The notes: a model not told the origin generated them from the letters alone. Shown: positions 1 through 12,100, counted from the stretch's first letter. The stretch: 64,000 bases of DNA from Eledone cirrhosa (GCA_964016885.1 OZ024740.1:155372001-155436000), one strand, 5' to 3'. Program-made: numbers and translations.

Positions 1-10
1 ATATATTTAT

Positions 11-3000
11 TTAGGTAAGGCGGGTCTTCTCTGTTACTGAGTACCGCCAAAGGTCTCGGTCCAGTGACATTGTCTTGGAGAGGTGTAAGTGTGTGATGTC
101 GGAGTTTATCAGCTCGTCCCAGGTTTTTCTAGGTCTGCCTATTCCATGACTACCGTCTATCTTTATTGCCCTGCACTTTGTTATACAGCTATCGACTTTC
201 ATGCGCATCACGTGTCCATACCAACGTAGCCTTCTCTCGAGTAAACAACATCTGATCCCTCTTATCTCTAATTTTTTCCTTAGTTCGTTTATGCTTTGCC
301 GTTCACGTATATTACTGTTACACATCCAGCGGAGCATGCAAGCTTCGTTCCTCTCTAGTCTGCGTATATCCTCTGCACACAATGCCCATGTCTCACTGCC
401 ATGCAACATTGCTGTTCGTATGCAGGCATCGTACAACCTGCCTTTCATTTTTAGGGAGAACCCTTTAGCAGCTAATAGTGGTATAAGCTCTCTGAACTTT
501 TTCCAACCAGTTCTGACTCTAGCTACAGTACTTTCAGAGCACCCTCCCCCACTGCTGATTTTATCGCCCAGGTAACGGAAGCTGTCCACTATTTCTATAG
601 AACCCTCTGCGCAATTGAAAGAGCTAGTATTTTGTGGGCACTTGCTGCTACTTATTGCACCAGAACACCGGCCACATGTAAAATCTATGTTCTTAGTTAG
701 CTTACCTGTGATCCCACTACATCTTTTATGCACCCATACTTTGCATTTAGGACATAAAATGGAGTTTCTACCTACGCCTTTCCTACACACCGAGCACGAC
801 CATTTCCCAGAAGGGATCGCCGCCTTGTTTTCTTTCCTACAAACTAGAACTTTGGTCTTAGCCAGGTTAATTTTAAGTCCTTTTGACTCTAGGCCGTGCT
901 TCCATGTTTGGAATTTCTTCTCTAGCTCGGCCATTGATTCCGCTATGAGTGTCAGGTCGTCTGCGTATAGGAGTTCCCATGGGCAGCCTGTCTTGAACTC
1001 CTCTGTTATAGCCTGAAGGGCAATAATAAATAGTAGGGGGCTGAGAACAGAGCCCTGATGGACGCCAACTTTTACGCTAAACTCTTCACTATATTCGTTG
1101 TTAATTCTAACCTTGCTGACTGTTTCTTTATACATGGCTTGTATAGCCCTCACAAGCCATTCGTCAACGCCTAGTTTTCTAAGAGCCCTCCAGATAATGG
1201 AGTGGGGGACTCTGTCGAAGGCTTTCTCCAAGTCGACAAAAGCTAAGTAGAGGGGTTTACCTTTAGCTAGGTACTTCTCCTGTAGTCGTCGTACTATGAA
1301 AAGAGCGTCTGTGGTACTTTTGCCTGACACAAACCCGAACTGCATTTCATCTAGGTCAATTCTCTCTCTGATTAGTTGCGCTATTACTTTTTCCGTGACC
1401 TTCATGACCTGGTCGATTAATTTAATGCCTCTATAGTTACTCCTATCTAGGGCGTCTCCTTTACCCTTATAACAGTTAACGATGATGCTGCTATGCCAGT
1501 CCTTCGGAACAACCCCATTCTGTACGACTTGGTTAACTATGCAGGTGACCATGGTGTGTCCCACCGTGCCAGATGCCTTCAGCATCTCAGCAACTATTTC
1601 CGAAGGCCCAGCCGCCTTACCCGTCTTCATATCCTTGATTGCCTTACTTATTATACTCCCCTCGACTAACACTGCTGGTCCCTCTATTGGGTCGATATGG
1701 GGGAGACTGTCTTTCTCCCATTTATTCTCCTCATTTAGTAGCCTTTCATAGTGACACTTCCAAGCTACCTTCTTATCAGCGTCGGTGATGGCAAGTGTGC
1801 CATCGTCGTTTAGTACACACTTCTCCCCGACAATATCACGGTTTTCCTTGACGCATTGCCTAGCAATCCTGAACACCTCACGTTTTTGGTCATCGCGTTG
1901 TAGAACATGCTTGAACTTTCTTTCCTCAGCTTCCCTTCTTGCTAAGTACACTTGTCTCCTAGCTTCCCTCCTGGCCACTTGATAGTCTTCTCTACTTCCC
2001 CCATCCCGCCATACTTTCCAAGCCTGCTTTTTGGCCTTAATTGACCCCTCCACCTTACTGTTCCACCACCATGTTACTCTCCTCCTGCCTACAGGCCTGC
2101 TCCAGCCACAGACTTCGTCTGTCGCCAACAGCAGGTTTGCTTTCAGAAATTCCCACTCTCCCTCTATATTGTCCGACTGTAAATGTTCTTCCCTACTGTC
2201 GAAAGCATCAAGTAATATGCTTTGAAATTTATTCCTGGCTGTGGGGTCCTTTAGCTTCCATATTTTTCTCGTGAGGATAGTCCTCTTCTGCTGTCGAGTA
2301 CGTCTCGTCCTGACTATGAGGTCGCTAATTATCAGTCTATGTTGGGAGGTGTATTCTTCATGGGGGAGGGATTTAGTGTTTACAACAGACACTCTGTCAC
2401 GTCTTCTGGTAAGGATATAATCTACCTGGCTTGTGTGTTCCCCGGATCTATAGGTGATCAGGTGATTGTCACGTTTTTTGAAGTTAGTGTTACAGATAGT
2501 TAGGTTATTTGCATCACAGAATTCCAGGATTCTGGAGCTTTCCTCATTTCTAGTACCAAACCCATAGCCTCCATGGATTTCGTCGTAGCCGTCACAATGT
2601 TGTCCAACGTGACCATTTAGGTCGCCTGCAATAATTATATAGTCACTGTCGGATATTTGGGAGGTAGTTAGCATGAGTGTCTCATAGAATCTGTCTTTTA
2701 TAGTGCCGGGCAGTCCGGATTGGGGTGCGTACGCAGATATTACTGTCACCGTAGTTTTATTGAGGACAAGTCGTATTTTAATTATTCTGTCGTTCACTCT
2801 ATTTACGTCTATTATCTTATCTGCCCACTTTTCTGCTACCATGATTCCTACTCCACCCAGCCCATCGTCGTTTCCCACCCAGAAAAGCTTATAACATCGT
2901 TTTTTACCCTCAATGAACCTAGCAGACCCTCCCCTCCACCTGGTCTCTTGAATACAACAAACATCGACCTCCTTACGTTCAAGCATTTCTACAACCTCGT

Positions 3001-3280
3001 TAGCGCGACCCTTTAGGGTGCCTACATTTATGGTACCAACTCTGAAGTTTTGGATTGCGTTTGGGGGTTGGGGGCGGTGGGGGGCGGGGGGCGATGGGGT
3101 TATGTTAGCCGTCCGCGATCGAAACAATGAGGAGTGCTCGCATTCTCGTCCAAGAGGTGAATTTGTCTTTATCTTCGGCATTGTCGCTGAGCGTCCAGAT
3201 TTTTCTCTCTCTCTCCTCCACTCTCCAGGATTCCGCAGTCCATCCATCCATCCATCATATATCGAAAGACAACCAGGCAA
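11..3280 (-). CDS. RTE-clade non-LTR retrotransposon polyprotein: APE endonuclease + reverse transcriptase + PHD finger
   Basis: Uninterrupted 1089-aa ORF with APE motifs (GTINVGTL, CCIQETRW, YAPQ, GDLNGHVG, SQVDYIL, SQHRLI), RT motifs (YRGIKL, QFGF, FVDLEKAFDRV, GVHQGSVLSPLLF, YADD, FRYLG) and RTE-type C-terminus ([18 protein letters not shown]). The true start may be the downstream Met (MPKIK). Confidence 0.95.
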   Translation of the reverse strand: MPGCLSIYDGWMDGLRNPGEWRREREKSGRSATMPKIKTNSPLGRECEHSSLFRSRTANITPSPPAPHRPQPPNAIQNFRVGTINVGTLKGRANEVVEMLERKEVDVCCIQETRWRGGSARFIEGKKRCYKLFWVGNDDGLGGVGIMVAEKWADKIIDVNRVNDRIIKIRLVLNKTTVTVISAYAPQSGLPGTIKDRFYETLMLTTSQISDSDYIIIAGDLNGHVGQHCDGYDEIHGGYGFGTRNEESSRILEFCDANNLTICNTNFKKRDNHLITYRSGEHTSQVDYILTRRRDRVSVVNTKSLPHEEYTSQHRLIISDLIVRTRRTRQQKRTILTRKIWKLKDPTARNKFQSILLDAFDSREEHLQSDNIEGEWEFLKANLLLATDEVCGWSRPVGRRRVTWWWNSKVEGSIKAKKQAWKVWRDGGSREDYQVARREARRQVYLARREAEERKFKHVLQRDDQKREVFRIARQCVKENRDIVGEKCVLNDDGTLAITDADKKVAWKCHYERLLNEENKWEKDSLPHIDPIEGPAVLVEGSIISKAIKDMKTGKAAGPSEIVAEMLKASGTVGHTMVTCIVNQVVQNGVVPKDWHSSIIVNCYKGKGDALDRSNYRGIKLIDQVMKVTEKVIAQLIRERIDLDEMQFGFVSGKSTTDALFIVRRLQEKYLAKGKPLYLAFVDLEKAFDRVPHSIIWRALRKLGVDEWLVRAIQAMYKETVSKVRINNEYSEEFSVKVGVHQGSVLSPLLFIIALQAITEEFKTGCPWELLYADDLTLIAESMAELEKKFQTWKHGLESKGLKINLAKTKVLVCRKENKAAIPSGKWSCSVCRKGVGRNSILCPKCKVWVHKRCSGITGKLTKNIDFTCGRCSGAISSSKCPQNTSSFNCAEGSIEIVDSFRYLGDKISSGGGCSESTVARVRTGWKKFRELIPLLAAKGFSLKMKGRLYDACIRTAMLHGSETWALCAEDIRRLERNEACMLRWMCNSNIRERQSINELRKKLEIRGIRCCLLERRLRWYGHVMRMKVDSCITKCRAIKIDGSHGIGRPRKTWDELINSDITHLHLSKTMSLDRDLWRYSVTEKTRLT

Positions 3281-3764
3281 GCGATAGTATAGGCCTCTGG
3301 CTTCTGATTGGTCCGCGTAATAATACTGGTGATGCGTGGGGGCTCTGGCTTATGATTGGTCCACGTAATAGCAGTGGTGGTGGGCGGGAGAGAGGGGTGT
3401 TGGGTAGCTAGATAGGAGGTAATGATTGAATGGGGTCCTTGCACATTTAACAAGCGATTAACAAAAATACAAAATTTGTTCTGTTCAATACGACCAAAAG
3501 CTTTCGTATCTAACAATTAATGATAACAAAAAATGTAGATTGTTTTAGCGATAGATTGGCTATTTGGACTTGATACGAAATATGGATTGTTTTGAAAATA
3601 CGCTAGAATTAGGAATTGAGGAGGTAGAGATGAATACGCTAGAATTAGGAATTGAGGAATTAGGATTGTGGAGGTAGAGATGAAGGAAAATATGTACATT
3701 ACGTTACATGAATATCGTGGGGTAGACAGCAAAGCAATGAAATTTGGCGAAGTGAATTCCTATC

Positions 3765-3810
<46 letters not shown>

Positions 3811-4058
3811 GGGGGGTGGCCGCATGATGGTTGTGTGTGTTAGGCGTTTGACCGCCATGCCTTCGAAGTAGCGGGGGGGGGGGGGGGTCGAGTAAGCGGG
3901 AGTTTCGAAAGAAGGAAGAAGGAAAGGATTTTGTTTTTTGTTTTGAAAATACGCTAGAATTAGGAATTGAGGTTTGAAAATACGCTAGGAATTAAGGTTT
4001 GAAAATACGGTAGATTAAGAATTAAGGAATTTATAAGAAGGAGAAGAGATAGGAGGTA

Positions 4059-4089
<31 letters not shown>

Positions 4090-4104
4090 CATACATATAT
4101 ATAT

Positions 4105-4137
<33 letters not shown>

Positions 4138-4139
4138 CA

Positions 4140-5358
4140 CTAGTTTGTAGGAAAGAAAATAAGGCACCGGTCCCCTCCGGGAAATGGCCATGCTCAGTGT
4201 GTAGGAAAGGCGTAGGTAGAAACTCCATTTTATGTCCCAAATGCAAAGTATGGGTGCATAAAAGATGTAGTGGGATCACAGGTAAGCTAACTAAGAACAC
4301 AGATTTTACATGTGGCCGGTGCTCTGGTGCAATAAGTAGCAGCAAGTGCCCACAAATACTAACTCTTTCAATTGCGCAGAGGGTTCTATAGAAATAGTGG
4401 ACAGCTTCCGTTACCTGGGTGACAAAATCAGCAGTGGGGGAGGGTGTTCTGAAAGTACAGTAGCTAGAGTCAGAACTGGATGGAAAAAGTTCAGAGAGCT
4501 TATACCACTATTAGCCGCTAAAGGGTTCTCCCTAAAAATAAAAGGCAGGTTGTAGGATGCCTGCATACGAACATCAATGCTGCATGGCAGTGAGACCTGG
4601 GCATTGTGTGCATAGGATATACGCAGACTAGAGAGGAACGAAGCTTGCATGCTCCGCTGGATGTGTAATAGTAATATACGTGAATGGCAAAGCATAAACG
4701 AACTAAGGAAAAAATTAGAAATAAGAGGGATCAGATGTTGTTTACTCGAGAGAAGGCTACGTTGGTATGGTCACGTGATGCGCATGAAAGACGACAGCTG
4801 TATAACAAAGTGCAGGGCAATAAAGATAGATGGTAACCACGGAGTAGGCAGACCCAGGAAAACCTGGGACGAGCTGATAAATTCCGACCTCACACACTTA
4901 CACCTCTCCAAGACAATGTCACTGGACCGAGACCGTTGGCGGTACTCAGTAACAGAGAAGACTCGCCTTACCTAAATACAAAGTAAAACCAACTAGTCAG
5001 TAGGCATCTTTTAACAAAATACACTCCCGTCCCACCACCCCATCCACACCGTCCCCTTCAATGCAAAGTTATGTTGGTGCCACAACATCCAGGCCGAAAG
5101 AAACGAGATTGTGTAGGTGTCACGACAAAAAAACACACAGTCCACGCTGTAATGTGGCCATGTAGGCAACACGGTAAAAACCTCCCAGTCCCACACTGTA
5201 AATGTGGTTGGTGTTAGGAAGGGCATCCAGCTGTAGAAAACCTGCCAGACAGTCCTATGCGAGCAAGACAACCACTCATGCCTCAAGTGGGAAAACCCCC
5301 GTCCAAACCCATGCAAGTGTGGAACAGGGACGTTAAACGATGATGATGATGATGATGA
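4140..5358 (+). mobile_element. 5'-truncated copy of the same RTE LINE (PHD region, C-terminus, 3' UTR, (GAT)n tail) with premature stops
   Basis: Near-identical to the reverse complement of 11-850; TAG stops near 4553 and 4613; 3' UTR ends GGACGTTAAAC(GAT)n. Confidence 0.93.
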
Positions 5359-5366
5359 TACATATA

Positions 5367-5406
<40 letters not shown>

Positions 5407-5447
5407 CATACATATATATATATATATACATACATATATATATATAT

Positions 5448-5508
<61 letters not shown>

Positions 5509-5524
5509 CATACATATATATACA

Positions 5525-5558
<34 letters not shown>

Positions 5559-5816
5559 CATACGTATATATACATATATATATATACATATATATATATA
5601 TATCGTTTCTGAATTTGTTTAGCAAGATTCTTTATCTGAAATCGTGTGTTGAAACCGATATTGTTATACTTTGGGAGGGTCATGTTGCCAATAAGAAACA
5701 CACGCACCAGTTGCTTTCACTTCAATTTATTATAAATTTATAAATTTACTAATCTACAAAACTTATAAATTTCTGGTTGGTTGGTTGGTTCCACAACCAG
5801 ATAGTTGTTTATATAT

Positions 5817-5861
5817 AGTCATAGTTCTTTCGTCACACACTCTGTGACCTCTTCAGTGACT
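5817..5861 (-). ncRNA. Minimal type I hammerhead ribozyme (PLE family H3)
   Basis: Reverse complement of the motif at 6055-6099. Confidence 0.72.
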
Positions 5862-6054
5862 GGGGATTCCTTTCTTTGTTCTGCCCTACGCCATTTTGTT
5901 TCTGTGTGTGTGTTGTGTGCTCAGTCTGCGCATGCGCCACATCCGGGTGTCTGTGTGTGTTTATGAACATAAACACACACAGACACCCGGACCTGGCGCA
6001 TGCGCAGACTGAGAAGAACAAAGGAGAGGCACAGAAACAAAGAAAGGAATCCCC

Positions 6055-6099
6055 AGTCACTGAAGAGGTCACAGAGTGTGTGACGAAAGAACTATGACT
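6055..6099 (+). ncRNA. Minimal type I hammerhead ribozyme (PLE family H3)
   Basis: AGUCA-CUGAAGA-g-GUCAC(agagugu)GUGAC-GAAA-G(aa)C-UA^-UGACU: stem I, core boxes, stem II, minimal stem III, CUA cleavage triplet. Confidence 0.75.
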
Positions 6100-6257
6100 A
6101 TATATAAACAACTATCTGGTTGTGGAACCAACCAACCAACCAGAAATTTATAAGTTTGTAGATTTGTAAATTTATAAATTTATAAATATATAATAAATTG
6201 AAGTGAAAGCAACTGGTGCGTGTGTTTCTTATTGGCAACCTGACCCTCCCAAAGTAT

Positions 6258-6328
<71 letters not shown>

Positions 6329-6331
6329 TAC

Positions 6332-6362
<31 letters not shown>

Positions 6363-6374
6363 CATATATATACA

Positions 6375-6430
<56 letters not shown>

Positions 6431-6481
6431 CATATATATATACATATATATATATATACATATATATATACATATATATAT

Positions 6482-6530
<49 letters not shown>

Positions 6531-6613
6531 CATATATATATACATATACATATACATATATATATATATATATATACATATATATATACATATATATATA
6601 TATACATATATAT

Positions 6614-7240
6614 GGAGGACTTTTGTCCTAAGCCGCCTGGACTACTGCTCCCAGCTGTGGTCACCCCATAGTGTCAAACTAACCACGGAGCTTGATGCAA
6701 TCCAGCGAAGCTACACCAAGAGGATTGCCAAAATGAGGGAGACAAGCTACTGGAAGAGGCTGAAGGAACTGAACCTCTACTCCTTGGAGCGAAGACGGGA
6801 GAGATACGCAGTGATCTACATGTGGAAAATCCTGGAGGGACTAGCACCAAACTTTGGCATTGGGAGCTGGACCAACCGTCGAACAGGACGTCACTGTGTA
6901 GTGCCAAAGGTCCCGTCTTCCACATCTAGAATAAGGAGCAGGTATTGCAATAGCCTGGGATTCAAGGGCCCTCAACTCTTCAACAGGCTGCCGAGGCATC
7001 TGCGAGACTTGCATGACGTGGAGGTGGATGTCTTTAAGAAACATCTCGACACCTTGTTATCCAGGATCCCGGATGAGCCCACAGCAAGACACGAGGGAAA
7101 CCTAAGGGAAGCAGCAACAAACTCCCTCCTACACCAGTGGCCAACCTATACAGGCTGGAGATAAAATGTGTAGCAACAAGGGCGGTGCCCCAGCATGGCC
7201 TCAGCCGGATGGCTGAAACAGGTAAAAGAGTAAAAGAGTA
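6614..7240 (+). mobile_element. CR1-like LINE 3' fragment (ORF2 C-terminus, 3' UTR, short GTAAAAGA tail)
   Basis: Translates [12 protein letters not shown]...[27 protein letters not shown]...GPQLFNRLP...FKKHLD, typical of the CR1 ORF2 C-terminus. Confidence 0.85.
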
Positions 7241-7247
7241 TATATAC

Positions 7248-7312
<65 letters not shown>

Positions 7313-7369
7313 CATATATACATATATATATATATACATATATATATATACATATATATACATATATAC

Positions 7370-7459
<90 letters not shown>

Positions 7460-7757
7460 ATATATACATATATATATACATATACATATATATATACATA
7501 TACATATACATATATATATACATATATATATATACATATATATATACATATATATATACATATATATATACATATATATATACATATATATATATACATA
7601 TATATATACATATATATATATACATATATATATATATACATATATATACATATATATATACATACATATATATACATATATATATACATATATATATACA
7701 TATATATATATATATACATATATATATACATATATATATACATATATATATATATAC

Positions 7758-7808
<51 letters not shown>

Positions 7809-7809
<1 letters not shown>

Positions 7810-8231
7810 CATCATCATCATCATCATCATCAACGTTTAACGTCCGTGTTCCACGCTTGCATGGGTTTGGACGGGGGTAGTCCCACTTGAGGCAAGAGTG
7901 ATTGTCTTGCTCGCATAGGACTGTCTGGCAGGTTTTCTACAGTTGGATGCCCTTCCTAACACCAACCACATTTACAGTGTGGGTCTGGGAGGTTTTTACC
8001 GTGTTGCCTACACGGCCACATTACAGCGTGGACTGTGTGTTTTTTTGTCGTGACACCTACACGATCTCATTTGTTTCGGCCTCGATGGCGCGGCACCAAC
8101 ATAACTTTACATAGAACGGGGTGGTGTGGATGGGGTGGGGGTGGTGGTGGTGGTGGGACGGGGTGTATTTTGTTAGAGATGCCTACTGGCTGGAGTAGGT
8201 TTTACTATATATTTAGGTAAGGCGGGTCTTC

Positions 8232-8232
<1 letters not shown>
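7809..8232 (-). mobile_element. RTE LINE 3' UTR fragment with (GAT)n tail
   Basis: Reverse complement of 12415-12834. Confidence 0.92.
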
Positions 8233-8289
<57 letters not shown>

Positions 8290-8414
8290 CATATATATAT
8301 ATACATATATATATATTTATATACATATATATATATACATATATATATATACATATATATATATATTTATATACATATATATATATACATATATACATAT
8401 ATATATATATATAC

Positions 8415-8509
<95 letters not shown>

Positions 8510-8581
8510 TATACATATATATATATACATATATATATATAAATAAATAGCTTAGAGTTTAATTTATATATATATATATAT

Positions 8582-8637
8582 ATTTCGTTTCTGAATTTGT
8601 TTTAGCCTATATTGGCAACATGACCCTCCCAAAGTAT

Positions 8638-8643
<6 letters not shown>
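8582..8643. mobile_element. Miniature PLE remnant: two outward-facing pLTR 3' ends joined together
   Basis: ATTTCGTTTCTGAATTTGTTTTAGC is the reverse complement of the pLTR end at 11466-11489 (1-nt indel) and is followed by the forward pLTR end ...CCCAAAGTATAACAAT. Confidence 0.75.
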
Positions 8644-8700
<57 letters not shown>

Positions 8701-8859
8701 CATATATATACATATATATATACATATATATATATATACATATATATATACATATATATACATATATATATACATATATACATATATATATACATATATA
8801 TACATATATATACATACATATATACATATATACATATATACATATATATACATATATAT

Positions 8860-8958
<99 letters not shown>

Positions 8959-8991
8959 CATATATATACATATATACATATATATACATAT

Positions 8992-9029
<38 letters not shown>

Positions 9030-9049
9030 ATACATATATACATATATAC

Positions 9050-9096
<47 letters not shown>

Positions 9097-9151
9097 CATA
9101 TATATACATATATATATATACATATATATACATATATATATATACATATAT

Positions 9152-9258
<107 letters not shown>

Positions 9259-9627
9259 CATATATACATATATATATATTTACATATATATATATATACA
9301 TATACATATATATATATACATATATATATACATATACATATATATATACATATATATATACATATATATATACATATATATATACATATATATATATACA
9401 TATATATATAATTAAGTTAAAGTGTACATCTACATATGTATACGGAAGTATTAGTATGCATATAAATACACACATGTATACATATGTACATGTACTCAGC
9501 TTTTCATTAGACACTTTACAGTGAGTGTCAGCTAGTCTGTATGTAACCACACAGACGGACCGGGTTTTAAAGTCATACGGGTTTTCAAGGAAACACATTT
9601 CCTCTATTCTCCAGAGGGCCAGACAGG

Positions 9628-9672
9628 AATATTGGACTAGTTTCGATGTTATTACATCTCATCAGCAATATT
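9628..9672 (-). ncRNA. Type I hammerhead ribozyme (family H1)
   Basis: Reverse complement of 10407-10451. Confidence 0.9.
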
Positions 9673-10096
9673 TACCCATCTTCCGGCTTCTCTGGAGAAT
9701 TGTAAAAGCACATATCGTTATATGCTTTTTCTATGAAAATTAGTAGTGGGTAGACTAATTTGCATAGAACGTGAGTCATTGTACGCACCGGTTCAGCGGA
9801 AACGATAAAAACAAATAACGAAACGAAATTAAATTTCGTTTCGCTTCTAACTCACTTTTGTATGACTGACGCTTAAACAATTAAGTTAAAGTGTACATCT
9901 ACATATGTATACGGAAGTATTAGTATGCATATAAATACACACATGTATACATATGTACATGTACTCAGCTTTTCACTAGACACTTTACAGTGAGTGTCAG
10001 CTAGTCTGTATGTAACCACACAGACGGACCGGGTTTTAGAGTCATACGGGTTTTCAAGGAAACACATTTCCTCTATTCTCCAGAGGGCCAGACAGG

Positions 10097-10141
10097 AATA
10101 TTGGACTAGTTTCGATGTTATTACATCTCATCAGCAATATT
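10097..10141 (-). ncRNA. Type I hammerhead ribozyme (family H1)
   Basis: Reverse complement of 10407-10451; 469 bp from the previous copy. Confidence 0.9.
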
Positions 10142-10406
10142 TACCCATCTTCCGGCTTCTCTGGAGAATTGTAAAAGCACATATCGTTATATGCTTTTTC
10201 TATGAAAATTAGTAGTGGGTAGACTAATTTGCAAGCGAAACGAAATTTAATTTCGTTTCATTATTTGTTTTTATCGTTTCCGCTGAACCGGTGCGTACAA
10301 TGACTCACGTTCTATGCAAATTAGTCTACCCACTACTAATTTTCATAGAAAAAGCATATAACGATATGTGCTTTTACAATTCTCCAGAGAAGCCGGAAGA
10401 TGGGTA

Positions 10407-10451
10407 AATATTGCTGATGAGATGTAATAACATCGAAACTAGTCCAATATT
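10407..10451 (+). ncRNA. Type I hammerhead ribozyme (family H1)
   Basis: AAUAUUG-CUGAUGA-GAUGU(aaua)ACAUC-GAAA-C(ua)G-UC^-CAAUAUU: 7-bp stem I, intact core, 5-bp stem II, palindromic ACUAGU stem III, GUC cleavage triplet. Confidence 0.92.
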
Positions 10452-10841
10452 CCTGTCTGGCCCTCTGGAGAATAGAGGAAATGTGTTTCCTTGAAAACTC
10501 ATATGACTCTAAAACCCGGTCCGTCTGTGTGGTTACATACAGACTAGCTGACACTAACTGTAAAGTGTCTAGTGAAAAGCTGAGTACATGTACATATGTA
10601 TACATGTGTGTATTTATATGCATACTAATACTTCCGTATACATATGTAGATGTACACTTTAACTTAATTGTTTAAGCGTCAGTCATACAAAAGTGAGTTA
10701 GAAGCGAAACGAAATTTAATTTCGTTTCGTTATTTGTTTTTTCATATATATATACATATATATATACATATATATATACATATATATATATATATACATA
10801 TATATATACATATATATATATATATATGTATATATGTATAT

Positions 10842-11489
10842 AATTTTGGTTTTAATTCTAATTCTTTTATGCTTACTGCCTCTGTACAGAGGCAGTAAGC
10901 ATAAAAGAATTAAAACCAAAATTAAATAGAAAATATGAGTGGAACAGCAACATCACAACTTATAATTAAGGACAAAATGAAAACACACACACACATAGAA
11001 CAAACAACTTACAATTAAGGACAAAATGAAAACACACACAGGACAAAATGAAAACACACACACACATAGAACAAACAACCAACCAACAATAAATAAATAA
11101 ATAAATAAACAAATAGATAAATGAACACAAACACACACAGACACCCGGATGTGGAGCATGCGCAAACTGAGCACACAACACACAGAAACAAAATGGCGTA
11201 GGATAGAAGAAAGGAAAGGCACAGAAACGAAGAAAGGGATCCCCAGTCACTGAAGAGGTCACAGAGTGTGTGACGAAAGGACTATGACTATATATAAACA
11301 GCTATATGGTTGTGGAACCAACCAACCAACCAGAAATTTGTAAATTTGTAAATATATAATAAATTGAAGTGAAAGCAACTGGTGTGTGTGTTTCTTATTG
11401 GCAACATGACCCTCCCAAAGTATAACAATATCGGTTTCAACACACGATTTCAGATAAAGAATCTTGCTAAACAAATTCAGAAACGAAAT
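10842..11489 (+). mobile_element. 5'-truncated Penelope-like element (end of GIY-YIG ORF + pLTR, hammerhead at 11245-11289) with short 5' fold-back
   Basis: Encodes ...KPKLNRKYEWNSNITTYN*, matching the end of 49001-49534; palindrome centred at 10885/10886. Confidence 0.88.
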
Positions 11490-11501
11490 ATATATATATA
11501 C

Positions 11502-11643
<142 letters not shown>

Positions 11644-11687
11644 ATATATATATATATACACATATATATACATATATATATACACAT

Positions 11688-11721
<34 letters not shown>

Positions 11722-11728
11722 ATATACA

Positions 11729-11760
<32 letters not shown>

Positions 11761-11761
11761 G

Positions 11762-11796
<35 letters not shown>

Positions 11797-11825
11797 TATA
11801 TATATACATATATATATATACATAC

Positions 11826-11902
<77 letters not shown>

Positions 11903-11908
11903 CACATA

Positions 11909-11986
<78 letters not shown>

Positions 11987-11994
11987 CACATATA

Positions 11995-12074
<80 letters not shown>

Positions 12075-12100
12075 CACATATATATATATATACACATATA

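Larger units (their letters stand above)
5604..6263. mobile_element. Head-to-head inverted pair of Penelope-like pseudo-LTRs (fold-back), centre about 5966
   Basis: Left arm is the reverse complement of the right arm; both match the sequence downstream of the GIY-YIG ORF at 49535-49930; (TA)n on both sides. Confidence 0.88.
9411..10742. mobile_element. Retrozyme-like/PLE pLTR-like non-coding 469-bp unit: two tandem copies plus one inverted copy, each with a hammerhead
   Basis: 9411-9879 repeats at 9880-10233 (partial); 10233-10742 is the reverse complement of a circularly permuted unit; flanked by (TA)n. Confidence 0.85.

Noticed and set aside
201-3411. Plus-strand ORFs opposite the RTE ORF, and similar antisense ORFs across 30-43 kb
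   Set aside because: Antisense shadows of retrotransposon coding sequence with no independent motifs.
9525-10675. Repeated 64-95 aa ORFs in the 469-bp unit
   Set aside because: No recognisable domain; recurrence reflects the DNA repeat, and most lack a real ATG.
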